Below are positions 1 to 10,966 of a stretch of DNA of 64,000 nucleotides, in pieces (the stretch's first letter is position 1; each line of letters starts with the position of its first letter). The notes under the pieces are model-generated. The model did not search any database, had not been told where the DNA came from, and worked only from the letters and a program-made list of their open reading frames with translations. This stretch comes from an uncultured Acidimicrobiia bacterium (GTDB taxonomy: Bacteria; Acidobacteriota; Vicinamibacteria; Vicinamibacterales; SCN-69-37), in the NCBI GenBank assembly GCA_966252305.1, contig CBINOO010000004.1:27066-91065 (forward strand), in the 5' to 3' direction. The translations under genes were made by a program, and so were the position numbers.

Positions 1-153
1 CGCCGCGTCCAGCGCGGCGTACCGCTCACGCAGGAGCGGCGCGCTGTAGACGTGCACCGGGGTGCCAACAGCTTCCGCGACGATGGTGAGGTTCACCTCG
101 TCGCACCACAACACTCCTCGGACACGCGCGAATCCAGACACGGGGACAAGCAT
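1..153 (-). CDS. lysA: diaminopimelate decarboxylase, N-terminal fragment (gene runs off the left edge)
   Basis: My own minus-strand translation from the ATG at 153-151 gives MLVPVSGFARVRGVLWCDEVNLTIVAEAVGTPVHVYSAPLLRERYAALDAA. This resembles the conserved LysA/ODC-fold N-terminus (..GTPxxVYS..L...Y..L). It is absent from the ORF track because fewer than 60 aa lie in the window. Confidence 0.55.
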   Translation of the reverse strand, partial: MLVPVSGFARVRGVLWCDEVNLTIVAEAVGTPVHVYSAPLLRERYAALDAA

Positions 154-194
154 TTTAGTATGATCCCGGACGCGGGCCCCGTTCGCGCGTCGAG

Positions 195-818
195 ATGTCT
201 ACCGAGTACACCCCCACCCCCAACGACGCCACTGATGCGCTGATCGCCAGGTGCCTGTCCGGGGACCAGACGGCGTGGGACGAAATCGTCCGGACCCACC
301 GGCGCAAGGTGTTCAACCTTGCCTACAAGTTCGTGGGTCGCCACGACGAAGCTGAAGACCTGACCCAGGACATCTTCATCAAGATCTTCAAGGCGCTGCA
401 CACGTTCGATCGGCGCGCGAATTTCCAGACCTGGCTGATCAGCATCAGCCGGAACCTCTGTATCGACCACTACCGCTCGGTTCGTAAGGAACGCGCCACG
501 ATGGCGCGTGATGTCGACGCGTCCGAGCTCTCGCCGGTGTCGCGCGAACGCACGCCGCTTGGCGAACTCGAACAGGTCGACCTCAAGTCCATCATCCGTC
601 AGGCGCTGGCGGAGTTGCCGCCCACACTGCGGCAGGCGGTCACCTTGCGTGACCTCCAGGAGTTTTCGTACCAGGAGATTGCCGATCAACTGGGACTGCC
701 CGAAGGCACCGTGAAGTCGCGTATCAACCGGGGACGACTCGAACTGGCCCGCCAGATCCGCCGTCTCCAACAACACAGGCCGCCGGGCTCGATGGCATCG
801 CGCGGAGGAAACGAATGA
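195..818 (+). CDS. ECF-type RNA polymerase sigma-70 family factor
   Basis: 207 aa. Region 2 (DLTQDIFIKIFKAL, FQTWLISISRNLCIDHYR) and region 4 HTH (FSYQEIADQLGLPEGTVKSRINRGR) are recognisable. Confidence 0.9.
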   Translation: MSTEYTPTPNDATDALIARCLSGDQTAWDEIVRTHRRKVFNLAYKFVGRHDEAEDLTQDIFIKIFKALHTFDRRANFQTWLISISRNLCIDHYRSVRKERATMARDVDASELSPVSRERTPLGELEQVDLKSIIRQALAELPPTLRQAVTLRDLQEFSYQEIADQLGLPEGTVKSRINRGRLELARQIRRLQQHRPPGSMASRGGNE

Positions 819-1156
819 ACGTCACCACCTCAACCCACGGGCCGACCGTGGTTGTCCACGTCACCGAGACCAAGCTCACCTATCCCATCCTGGCCGACTT
901 TGCGACGACGGTCGCGGGCCTGGTTGCCGATGGCCAGAAGCAGATCGTGCTGGACATGTCGACGGTCAGTTATGTCGACAGCGCGACCATTGGGTGCCTG
1001 ATGGATCTCTACCGGCAGGCACACGCGGCTGGTGGCCGCCTGAAACTCTCCGGCGTGCAGAAACGCGTCGAAACGATGCTCACCATGACGGGCGCGCACA
1101 ACTTCCTGGAAGTCCACGCTGACCAGCAGTCGGCGCTGTCGAGTTTCGGAGGCTGA
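815..1156 (+). CDS. STAS-domain protein (SpoIIAA/RsbV-like anti-sigma-factor antagonist)
   Basis: 113 aa. Contains the VLDMSTVSYVDSATIGCLMDL motif with a conserved DS position. Its ATG overlaps the sigma stop codon (ATGA at 815-818). Confidence 0.8.
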   Translation: MNVTTSTHGPTVVVHVTETKLTYPILADFATTVAGLVADGQKQIVLDMSTVSYVDSATIGCLMDLYRQAHAAGGRLKLSGVQKRVETMLTMTGAHNFLEVHADQQSALSSFGG

Positions 1157-1158
1157 TC

Positions 1159-1437
1159 ATGATGCGCACGGTCACCACCACCGCCGGTACGCCACTGGTC
1201 CTCGATGGCGATGTCCTGGCCATCCTCGAGGCCATCTCGCGCGACCTCGCCCGTCGCGCCGACCTCGACTACTCCTTCGAAGACATCGACCGCGAGTTCG
1301 ATCACCTGATTGGGCAACTCACGCCGGAGGAGCTCCGCACCTACCTGAAGGAAAGCCTGTTCATGAGCTTCAACCGGTTCGAAAACGACCGGCTGATGCA
1401 GATGGTGAAACGGGCGTCGGAGGCGACAGAGGACTGA
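1159..1437 (+). CDS. hypothetical acidic 92-aa protein, third gene of the sigma/STAS operon
   Basis: The ORF starts 2 nt after the STAS stop. Composition is ordinary rather than the Arg/Pro-rich type of antisense artefacts. I recognise no family. Confidence 0.5.
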   Translation: MMRTVTTTAGTPLVLDGDVLAILEAISRDLARRADLDYSFEDIDREFDHLIGQLTPEELRTYLKESLFMSFNRFENDRLMQMVKRASEATED

Positions 1438-1522
1438 CGAGGTGCCGAGGTGCCGGAGTGCCGGAGTGCCGAGGTGCCGGAGTGCCGAGGTGCCGGGGTT
1501 CCGAGGTGCCGAGGTGCCGGAG
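1438..1522. repeat. 8-bp tandem repeat array, about 10.6 units (CGAGGTGC / CGGAGTGC / CGGGGTTC)
   Basis: Read directly from the sequence. Units run in register from 1438 to 1522 and fill the whole spacer between the stop at 1435-1437 and the lpxC stop at 1523-1525. Confidence 0.95.
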
Positions 1523-2425
1523 TTAGCGGGAAGCTGAACGGGCGGGGACGCGGGCGGCGGCGGGTGCAGCCGCCGGCTCGCCCGCGTCCACAAGGCGCCA
1601 CGCGTCGCGCTGACGGAGGAGTTCAGTCGCGAACCTCGTATGCAGGGCATGACCACCCCGGTGCACCACGACGTGCCCGCGCAACGCCCGCCCAATCAGG
1701 GCCAGGTCGCCAATCGCGTCGAGCACCTTGTGACGCACGAACTCATCATCAAATCGCAGCGGGTTGAGCACGCCGGTCTCTCCCACCACAATCGCGTTGT
1801 CGAGTGAGCCGCCGAGCGCAAGACCGCGCTGCCGCATCAACTCGACGTCCTTCAGGAAACCGAACGTGCGCGCGGGCGCGATGGCGTCCACGTACACCTG
1901 CTCGGTGACGTCGATCGAGGTCTCCTGCTGCCGCAGCAGCGGATGATCGAAGCTGATCGCATAGCTGATCTTGAAGCCGTCATAGGGGTGCACCGCCATG
2001 CGCTTGTCCCCATCAGCGATCTCAAAGGTGCGCAGCACTTCAATGGTCTTGCGCGGGGCCGACTGCTCGCGCACCCCGGTGCTCTGAATCAGGTAGACCC
2101 AGGGTGCCGCGCTCCCATCCATGATGGGCACTTCGGCCTGGTTCAATTCGACGCGCAGGTTGTCGATGCCCACGCCGTGCAGCGCCGACAACAGGTGCTC
2201 AACCGTCGCAATGGACGCCTCACCGAGCCGAAGTTCGGTCTGCAGTTGCTGCGGGCCGCCCAGACACTCGACAGACGCCGGCACTTCGATGCCGAGGTCG
2301 GTGCGCACAAACCGGATGCCCGTATTCACGTCGGCCGGTTTGAGGCCGATGGTGACCTTCTGGCCTGAATGGAGCCCGATTCCGGTGCAGTGGGTGGCGT
2401 GGCGGAGGGTGCGTTGAGCAGGCAT
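1523..2425 (-). CDS. lpxC: UDP-3-O-acyl-N-acetylglucosamine deacetylase
   Basis: MPAQRTLRHATHCTGIGLHSGQKVTIGLKPADVNTGIRFVRTDL... is typical LpxC. I moved the start to the internal ATG at 2425 (cat at 2423-2425). Confidence 0.9.
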   Translation of the reverse strand: MPAQRTLRHATHCTGIGLHSGQKVTIGLKPADVNTGIRFVRTDLGIEVPASVECLGGPQQLQTELRLGEASIATVEHLLSALHGVGIDNLRVELNQAEVPIMDGSAAPWVYLIQSTGVREQSAPRKTIEVLRTFEIADGDKRMAVHPYDGFKISYAISFDHPLLRQQETSIDVTEQVYVDAIAPARTFGFLKDVELMRQRGLALGGSLDNAIVVGETGVLNPLRFDDEFVRHKVLDAIGDLALIGRALRGHVVVHRGGHALHTRFATELLRQRDAWRLVDAGEPAAAPAAARVPARSASR

Positions 2426-2617
2426 GAATAACGTCGGCTGCCCCCCTTTAAGCAAGTTGCCTGCCAGGTCAAACCGGCTCAGGGAACAACCACCAAAGTA
2501 TTGCATTAATTGACTTTAGCGACAAGCACCCGGGCGTGTTTTTGCCCAGGGTTTACATGCTGTGTCACGAAAACCACAGTCAGGCTTTCCCGGACTGTGG
2601 AGAGATTGACACAGACG

Positions 2618-5437
<2,820 letters not shown>

Positions 5438-5438
5438 C

Positions 5439-6563
5439 TCAACCTTTGATTGTAGCCAACACGGCTTCAGTGTCGGCCCCGACAGCCGGCGCCGGGTCCA
5501 GCGGCACGGTTGGCAGGCCAAAAGGCGCCCTGACGCCGCGCGTGCCCTCGCCTGACACGATGGCGCGCCGGGCACACACGTGAGGGTCGGCAAAGGCTTC
5601 GGCCGGGCTGTTGACGGAGGACAGACACACGTCGTGCCCTTCGAAGTGGGCCAGCCACTCCGAACGCGTCCGGCTCCGCATCAGCGCCCGAACGTCCGCG
5701 ATCAGCGCCTGCTGATCCACAGGGGTCGATCGATGGCGCGCGGCCAGGTCAGGCCGCCCCACCCTCGCGCAGAACGTGTCCCAGAATTTGAACTCCAGCG
5801 CGCCGAGCGCCACCTGCCGGCCGTCCGCCGTTTCATACACGTTGTAGCAGGCATGATCGCCATAGGTCGGCAGGTCGTCCACGGCCTCGTCGCCGTGTTC
5901 GACCAGATCACATGCCCCCGGCAACATCACCCAATACAGCGCGCTCTCGTGCATCGAGATGTCGAGATCAGCGCCGTTCCCGGTGCGCTCCCTCGCGTAG
6001 AGAGACGCCAGCACACCGGTCACCGCGCTCATGGCGCCCCCGCCGACATCGGCGATGAACATCTTCGGCAACGCGGACGGCGATGGCCGTTCCGTCGCGA
6101 GCACCCCGGACTCCGCCACGTAGTTCAGGTCGTGGCCGGGCCGTTCCGCGTACGGCCCGGTCTGGCCATAACCGGTAATCGACACGTGAATGAGCCTGGG
6201 GTGAGCGGACCGAAGTGCCGCGCCGGTCACGCCAAGGCGCGCGGCGGTCGCGGGGCGGAAGCTCTCGACGACGACGTCGGCCCCGGCGACCAGCGCCTGC
6301 AGGTTCCTGCGGTCCGCCGCGTCCTTGAGGTCAAGCGCCACACTCTTCTTGCCCCGTCCCAGCAGCAGGTCGTAGACGCTGCGTCCCCGCACAAACGGCG
6401 GGAGGTGGCGCATGGGGTCCCCGCCACGCGGGTCTTCCACCTTGATCACCTCGGCGCCCAGCTCGGCCAGCATCAGCGTGGCGAAGGCGCCGGGCAGCAG
6501 ACGCGACAGATCAACGACACGCACACCGCTCAGGGGGGCCATGGAAGAGGGCAATGCTATCAT
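5439..6563 (-). CDS. CoA-transferase family III (CaiB/BaiF / acyl-CoA racemase-like) protein
   Basis: The N-terminus [33 protein letters not shown] is typical of family III CoA transferases. An alternative ATG lies at 6542. Confidence 0.8.
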   Translation of the reverse strand: MIALPSSMAPLSGVRVVDLSRLLPGAFATLMLAELGAEVIKVEDPRGGDPMRHLPPFVRGRSVYDLLLGRGKKSVALDLKDAADRRNLQALVAGADVVVESFRPATAARLGVTGAALRSAHPRLIHVSITGYGQTGPYAERPGHDLNYVAESGVLATERPSPSALPKMFIADVGGGAMSAVTGVLASLYARERTGNGADLDISMHESALYWVMLPGACDLVEHGDEAVDDLPTYGDHACYNVYETADGRQVALGALEFKFWDTFCARVGRPDLAARHRSTPVDQQALIADVRALMRSRTRSEWLAHFEGHDVCLSSVNSPAEAFADPHVCARRAIVSGEGTRGVRAPFGLPTVPLDPAPAVGADTEAVLATIKG

Positions 6564-6572
6564 CGCGGCCTC

Positions 6573-8042
6573 ATGACATCGTCGGCGTCAAAGCCCTCGC
6601 TGCTGCTCTCGCTGGTGCCCATCGTGGCGCTGGTCGCGTTCCTGGCCGGATCGGTCGCGCTCTTCGGCGACGGCAACTCCGGCGGCCCCAATCAGATTGC
6701 CCTGGTGCTTGCTGCGGTGATCGCCGCCACCATCGGCGTCAGCCTGGGCCACACATGGGCGGACCTCGAAGCCGGAATCGTGCACGGCATCTCGCTGTCG
6801 ATGGGCGCGGTGCTGATCCTGCTGGTGGTGGGCGCGTTGATTGGTTCGTGGATTCTCGCCGGCGTCGTGCCGACGATGATCTACTACGGACTGCAGTTGT
6901 TGACGCCGTCCATCTTTTTCCCCAGCGCCTGCATCATCTGCTGCCTGGTGTCGGTCTCGACCGGCAGTTCCTGGACGACGGCGGGCACCGTCGGCGTCGC
7001 GCTGATCGGTATCGCGACCGCCCAGAACCTCAATCTCGGCCTCGCCGCCGGGGCGATCGTGTCCGGCGCGTACTTCGGCGACAAACTTTCCCCGCTTTCG
7101 GACACGACCAACCTGGCGCCCGCGATGGCGGGCACGGATCTGTTCACGCACATCCGTCACATGTTGTGGACCACGGTCCCCAGCCTGATCATCGCGCTGA
7201 TTCTGTTCACCGTCCTCGGCATGACCAATGCCGCGCCGCACGACACGGCCGCGGTGCAGTCGATTCTTGATGCCATCCAGCAGAACTTCGCGATCGGACC
7301 GCACCTGCTGCTGCCGGCGGTCCTCGTCATCGCGATGGTCATCCGGAAGGTGCCGGCCACACCGGCGCTCGTGATTGGCGCGCTCACCGGCTGCGTGTTC
7401 GCCGTGATCTTCCAGCCTGGAGCCGTCACCCGGCTTGCCGATGCGGGCGACATGCCGACGTGGGCCGCGCTCGTCAAGGGCTGCTGGCAGGCACTCGCCT
7501 CCGGATTCTCGCTGACCTCCGGCAATGAAGCGCTCGACGACCTCCTCTCGCGCGGCGGCATGGGCTCGATGCTCAACACCGTGTGGCTGATCCTCTCCGC
7601 GATGACGTTTGGCGCGGTCATGGAAAAGACGGGAATGCTCGCGCGCATCGCCGAGACGATTCTCAGCGCGGTGAAGGGAACAGGCAGCCTGATCGCGTCG
7701 ACGCTGGCGACCAGCATCGGCATGAACGTGCTGGCGTCCGATCAATACATCGCGATCGTGATCCCGGGCCGCATGTTCCGCGCGGAGTATGCGCGTCGCG
7801 GACTCGCGCCGCAGAATCTCTCACGATGCCTCGAGGATGCCGGCACGATGACGTCGTCGCTCGTGCCATGGAACACGTGCGGCGCCTTCATGGCGCAGAC
7901 GCTGGGCGTGGCGACCCTCACCTACGCGCCGTACGCCTTCCTCAATCTGTTGAATCCCGTGATCTCGGCGATCTACGGATTCACCGGGTTTTCCATCGTG
8001 AAACTCGACGCGCAGTCGTCAGAGTCGCCAGAGCGCGTCTGA
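6573..8042 (+). CDS. nhaC: Na+/H+ antiporter NhaC family (paralog 1)
   Basis: Polytopic membrane protein containing GAYFGDKLSPLSDTTNLAPA. The real start is MTSSASKPSLLL at 6573. The upstream 331 codons of the listed ORF are antisense to the CoA-transferase gene. Confidence 0.85.
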   Translation: MTSSASKPSLLLSLVPIVALVAFLAGSVALFGDGNSGGPNQIALVLAAVIAATIGVSLGHTWADLEAGIVHGISLSMGAVLILLVVGALIGSWILAGVVPTMIYYGLQLLTPSIFFPSACIICCLVSVSTGSSWTTAGTVGVALIGIATAQNLNLGLAAGAIVSGAYFGDKLSPLSDTTNLAPAMAGTDLFTHIRHMLWTTVPSLIIALILFTVLGMTNAAPHDTAAVQSILDAIQQNFAIGPHLLLPAVLVIAMVIRKVPATPALVIGALTGCVFAVIFQPGAVTRLADAGDMPTWAALVKGCWQALASGFSLTSGNEALDDLLSRGGMGSMLNTVWLILSAMTFGAVMEKTGMLARIAETILSAVKGTGSLIASTLATSIGMNVLASDQYIAIVIPGRMFRAEYARRGLAPQNLSRCLEDAGTMTSSLVPWNTCGAFMAQTLGVATLTYAPYAFLNLLNPVISAIYGFTGFSIVKLDAQSSESPERV

Positions 8043-9074
8043 CGACGCCAGGATGAGTTCGCCGGTGGGATGCACCGCGACGCCCACCAGTTGCGGCGCG
8101 GACACGATGAGTTCCGGCTCGGGCGTGGTCGCCGAGGGATCGACGCGATAGAGTCCCGCGGACCCGGCCAGCCCTTCAACAACGAGCAGCGTGCCGTGGC
8201 GGTCAAACGCCAGCCCCTGCGGCCGTCCAAACGACCGACACCAGGTCTGCACCTCCCGCTCGGGACTGATGCGGTAGATGACATCGCGCGAGGCGAGGGT
8301 GGGAGCGGCCACGTACAACCAGCCGTCAGGCCCCATGGCGAGATGAAATGCGGCCACGCTGGGCGGCAGCGACGCAAATGTCTCAACGACGCGCCGCCCG
8401 TTATCGCCGACGCCGGGCGCAATCCGCAGGACTGAACCGGCGCGGTCCCCGACAAACAACGCTCCGTCTGGCGCAAAGGCGAGTCCAGTCGCCACGCCGA
8501 GATCGGTCGCGTACGTCTCAGTGAGACCGCGTTCGGTGACGCGATAGACGACGCCTTCAAACCGGCTCGACACGTACACGGCATCGTCGGGGCCCAGCGC
8601 CAGGGATGTCGGATTGGCAATCTCGACGGCGAGATCCTCACGCGCACCGTCCGCAGAGAAGCGGGAGAGCGGCGTGGTCGATTTGTTCTCACGCGTGCCG
8701 CTGTGTGTCGCCCAGATCGTGCCGTCCGGAAGGCACAGCGGATTGTCGACCAGATGCAGGTCCATCCCCAGCGGACGCGCGATGTCCACCATCAACGTGT
8801 CGCCGTCTACCCCCTCAACACGGACCGCAGTTGGCCCGCCGGCGCACTCAGCCGGCACCACCACCGTGAGAGATCGAGAGGACGACGCCGCCACACGAGC
8901 GTCGAGCGCGCCGAACCACACGCGTGGCGGACCATCGGACGGCTGCGGCAGCCGGGAACCGGTCAGTTCAAGTCGGGCGCCCGGCACGGCGCCACGTGGG
9001 TATGAGGCGGACAACACAGACACGTAGATTACGCGTCGTCGAGCTCGATATTCCAGTACATGTAGTCGCGCCAA
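8019..9074 (-). CDS. IPT/TIG-like N-terminal domain plus SMP-30/gluconolactonase/NHL-type beta-propeller protein
   Basis: Repeated propeller-blade motifs are visible (GLAFAPDGALFVGD, GPDGWLYVA, GLAFDRHGTLLVVE). The start is uncertain: ATG at 9074 overlaps the HNH gene, and a GTG at 9023 is possible. Confidence 0.6.
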   Translation of the reverse strand: MARLHVLEYRARRRVIYVSVLSASYPRGAVPGARLELTGSRLPQPSDGPPRVWFGALDARVAASSSRSLTVVVPAECAGGPTAVRVEGVDGDTLMVDIARPLGMDLHLVDNPLCLPDGTIWATHSGTRENKSTTPLSRFSADGAREDLAVEIANPTSLALGPDDAVYVSSRFEGVVYRVTERGLTETYATDLGVATGLAFAPDGALFVGDRAGSVLRIAPGVGDNGRRVVETFASLPPSVAAFHLAMGPDGWLYVAAPTLASRDVIYRISPEREVQTWCRSFGRPQGLAFDRHGTLLVVEGLAGSAGLYRVDPSATTPEPELIVSAPQLVGVAVHPTGELILASSDALWRL

Positions 9075-9562
9075 CTCTCCGGCGCGTTGCGCAGGCCAAA
9101 GGTAATCCGAAGGGCCGGGGCCTTTTCCGGCCGTTTCGGCGGGCGCAGCAGGTGCATGTGCGCCTGTGCAGGCGTGCGTCCGCCTTTTCGGCGATTACAC
9201 GCGATGCAGCAGGTCACGATGTTCTCCCAGTCCTTGCGGCCACCCTGCGCGACAGGCACGACGTGGTCGAAGGTCAATTCCACCGACGGGAACACGTGCC
9301 CACAGTACTGGCATCGATGATCATCCCGGGCGTAGATGTTGACGCGCGAGAACGGGACGTAGTCGAGGCGACGACGCACACGGATACGCCGCAGCAGCCG
9401 GATGACGGACGGCAGCTTCATGGAGAACGTGACGGCGCGGATTTCGCGGTCGTACTCGGAGACAATCTCGACCTTGCCCTGGCACCAGAGCGTGATCGCT
9501 TTCTGCCAATGCACGACTTTCAGCGGCTCGTACGTCGCGTTGAGCAGCAGAGTCTGTTCCAT
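9029..9562 (-). CDS. HNH endonuclease (McrA-like, stand-alone, 177 aa)
   Basis: Contains CQYCGH...LTFDHVVPVAQGGRKDWENIVTCCIACNRRKG. I set the start at the ATG for MEQTLLL (9562). The upstream part of the listed ORF is Arg-rich junk. Confidence 0.85.
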   Translation of the reverse strand: MEQTLLLNATYEPLKVVHWQKAITLWCQGKVEIVSEYDREIRAVTFSMKLPSVIRLLRRIRVRRRLDYVPFSRVNIYARDDHRCQYCGHVFPSVELTFDHVVPVAQGGRKDWENIVTCCIACNRRKGGRTPAQAHMHLLRPPKRPEKAPALRITFGLRNAPESWRDYMYWNIELDDA

Positions 9563-9703
9563 GACGGTAACGGCGTCATTGTCTGTGTTCGCGGATGAAC
9601 TGTCAAGCAACGTACCGTGTAACATCCCTGTACACAACCATTTAGAGCGACTCGTCCTGCGAGGTACTGGAGTGGAGCAACGCCGGTGCCGATAACGGGG
9701 CGG

Positions 9704-10258
9704 ATGTCGCGACGACTGCACCTCACCTGCCGCCTCATCACCGCGGCGGCCTGCGCCGTCACGATGGCCGCCTGTGCGGCGCGCAGCCACGTGGCCACAG
9801 GTCCGTCTCCCGCGCCGTTTCCGAATGCGCCGTCGTGGGCGCCCGCGCCGGTGGCCTCTCATCCGACCGCACCCGTGAGTTCGTCGGCGCGCAACGTCAT
9901 TGCGACCGCGCTGGCGCAGCGCGGGGTGCCGTATGTCTACGGCGGAGACACTCCGCAGCGCGGTTTTGATTGCAGCGGCTTCGTCCGGTACGTATTCGCG
10001 CAGTTTGCGGTGGACGTCCCCCGCACGGCGGCGGAGCAATTCCGCGTGGGGAAGTCGATCCGTAAACGTGACCTGCGCGCGGGCGATCTCGTGTTCTTCA
10101 CGACAATCGCGCCAGGCGCGTCACACGTGGGACTGGTCGTGGGTCCGGATGAGTTCGTGCATGCGCCGGCGACCAATGGCGTCGTGCGCGTGGAACCGCT
10201 CTCATCGTCGTACTGGAGCGCGCGATTCGTCGGCGCCCGGCGTGTCCTCGGTGAGTGA
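9704..10258 (+). CDS. NlpC/P60 (C40) peptidoglycan endopeptidase, probable lipoprotein
   Basis: Contains YVYGGDTPQRGFDCSGFVRYVF and HVGLVVG motifs. Signal peptide and lipobox-like ...AVTMAAC are present. ATG at 9704, with an in-frame GTG at 9686. Confidence 0.85.
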   Translation: MSRRLHLTCRLITAAACAVTMAACAARSHVATGPSPAPFPNAPSWAPAPVASHPTAPVSSSARNVIATALAQRGVPYVYGGDTPQRGFDCSGFVRYVFAQFAVDVPRTAAEQFRVGKSIRKRDLRAGDLVFFTTIAPGASHVGLVVGPDEFVHAPATNGVVRVEPLSSSYWSARFVGARRVLGE

Positions 10259-10966
10259 CTAGCGCCCGCCGTCTGCCGGCGGTGTGACCGCGCCCATGCG
10301 CCGGAGAATGATCTGCTGACGGTTGAGCAGGCGCCGATTGGGACGCGACGGGCTGTAGATGCGCGGATTGATGATCGCGCCGGCAAGCAACGCGGCCTGT
10401 TCAGGAGACAACTGGGACGCCGCGATCCCGAAGTGCGCCCGCGCCGCAGCCTCGGCGCCCCAGATGCCGTCGCCCCACTCGATCAGGTTCAGATACAACT
10501 CGAAGATCCGGCGTTTGCTGAGTTCCGCTTCAAGACGGCGCGTGATGAACACCTCGCGCACCTTGCGCCATGGATTGCGCGACGGTGACAAGTAGAGGTT
10601 CTTCGCGAGTTGCTGCGTGATCGTGGAGGCGCCGCGCGCAAGTTCGCCGCGCTCCCAGTTGACCTCCATTGACGCGCGGATCTCGTCGAAGTCCAGGCCC
10701 TCGTGCGACCAGAAGGCCGCGTCTTCGGCGACGATGACGGCGCGTTTAAGATGCGCCGAGATGCGATCGTAGCTCACCCAGCGATGTTGCATTCGCAGTT
10801 TGCGGCCGTCGTCCTCGGCCTGATCCGCACGGAGTTCGCGGAATGCGGTGGTCGGCGGCGCCTGTGTACGCAGTGGGCGGACGTCGGGCAGCGTCGCCCA
10901 GGTGTGGACGAACATCGCGAATACCACCGCGGCCGATCCCGCGAGCCATCGCCAGGCGCGCCGCAC
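10259..10966 (-). CDS. mtgA: monofunctional biosynthetic peptidoglycan transglycosylase
   Basis: GT51 motifs are present: AVIVAEDAAFWSHEGLD, GASTITQQLAKNLYL and RKVREVFITRRLE. A single N-terminal TM segment is present. The GTG start sits directly after the upstream stop. Confidence 0.9.
   Translation of the reverse strand: MRRAWRWLAGSAAVVFAMFVHTWATLPDVRPLRTQAPPTTAFRELRADQAEDDGRKLRMQHRWVSYDRISAHLKRAVIVAEDAAFWSHEGLDFDEIRASMEVNWERGELARGASTITQQLAKNLYLSPSRNPWRKVREVFITRRLEAELSKRRIFELYLNLIEWGDGIWGAEAAARAHFGIAASQLSPEQAALLAGAIINPRIYSPSRPNRRLLNRQQIILRRMGAVTPPADGGR

Noticed and set aside
1438-1522. Possible CRISPR array
   Set aside because: The units are 8 bp and directly abutting, with no spacers. 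No cas genes are present. This is a simple tandem repeat.
1009-1767. ORFs spanning the octamer array (1009-1695 minus, 1450-1767 plus) with GTSAPRHLGT-type peptide repeats, and likewise 57437-57718
   Set aside because: The peptide repeats are just translations of the 8-bp array, which is not a multiple of 3 and cycles through frames. These ORFs overlap well-supported genes (STAS, lpxC, argG).
5580-6572. 331-codon N-terminal extension of the nhaC ORF (listed as 5580-8042)
   Set aside because: The extension is antisense to the well-supported CoA-transferase gene and has junk composition. The NhaC homology and first TM segment begin at the ATG at 6573.
6564-6572. Only 9 nt (30 nt with the alternative start at 6542) between the divergent CoA-transferase and nhaC starts
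   Set aside because: Start-codon uncertainty most likely explains this, with promoters lying inside the neighbouring coding regions. It is not evidence of anything unusual on its own.
6588-7745. 385-aa minus-strand ORF inside nhaC paralog 1
   Set aside because: The translation is extremely Arg/Asp/Gly/His-rich with no family. It is antisense to a clear polytopic transporter.
9029-9562. Stand-alone HNH endonuclease as a possible restriction or defence module
   Set aside because: No adjacent methyltransferase, helicase, ATPase or other defence partner is present. Small McrA-like HNH proteins of this size are widespread solitary genes. The neighbours are cell-wall and propeller proteins.
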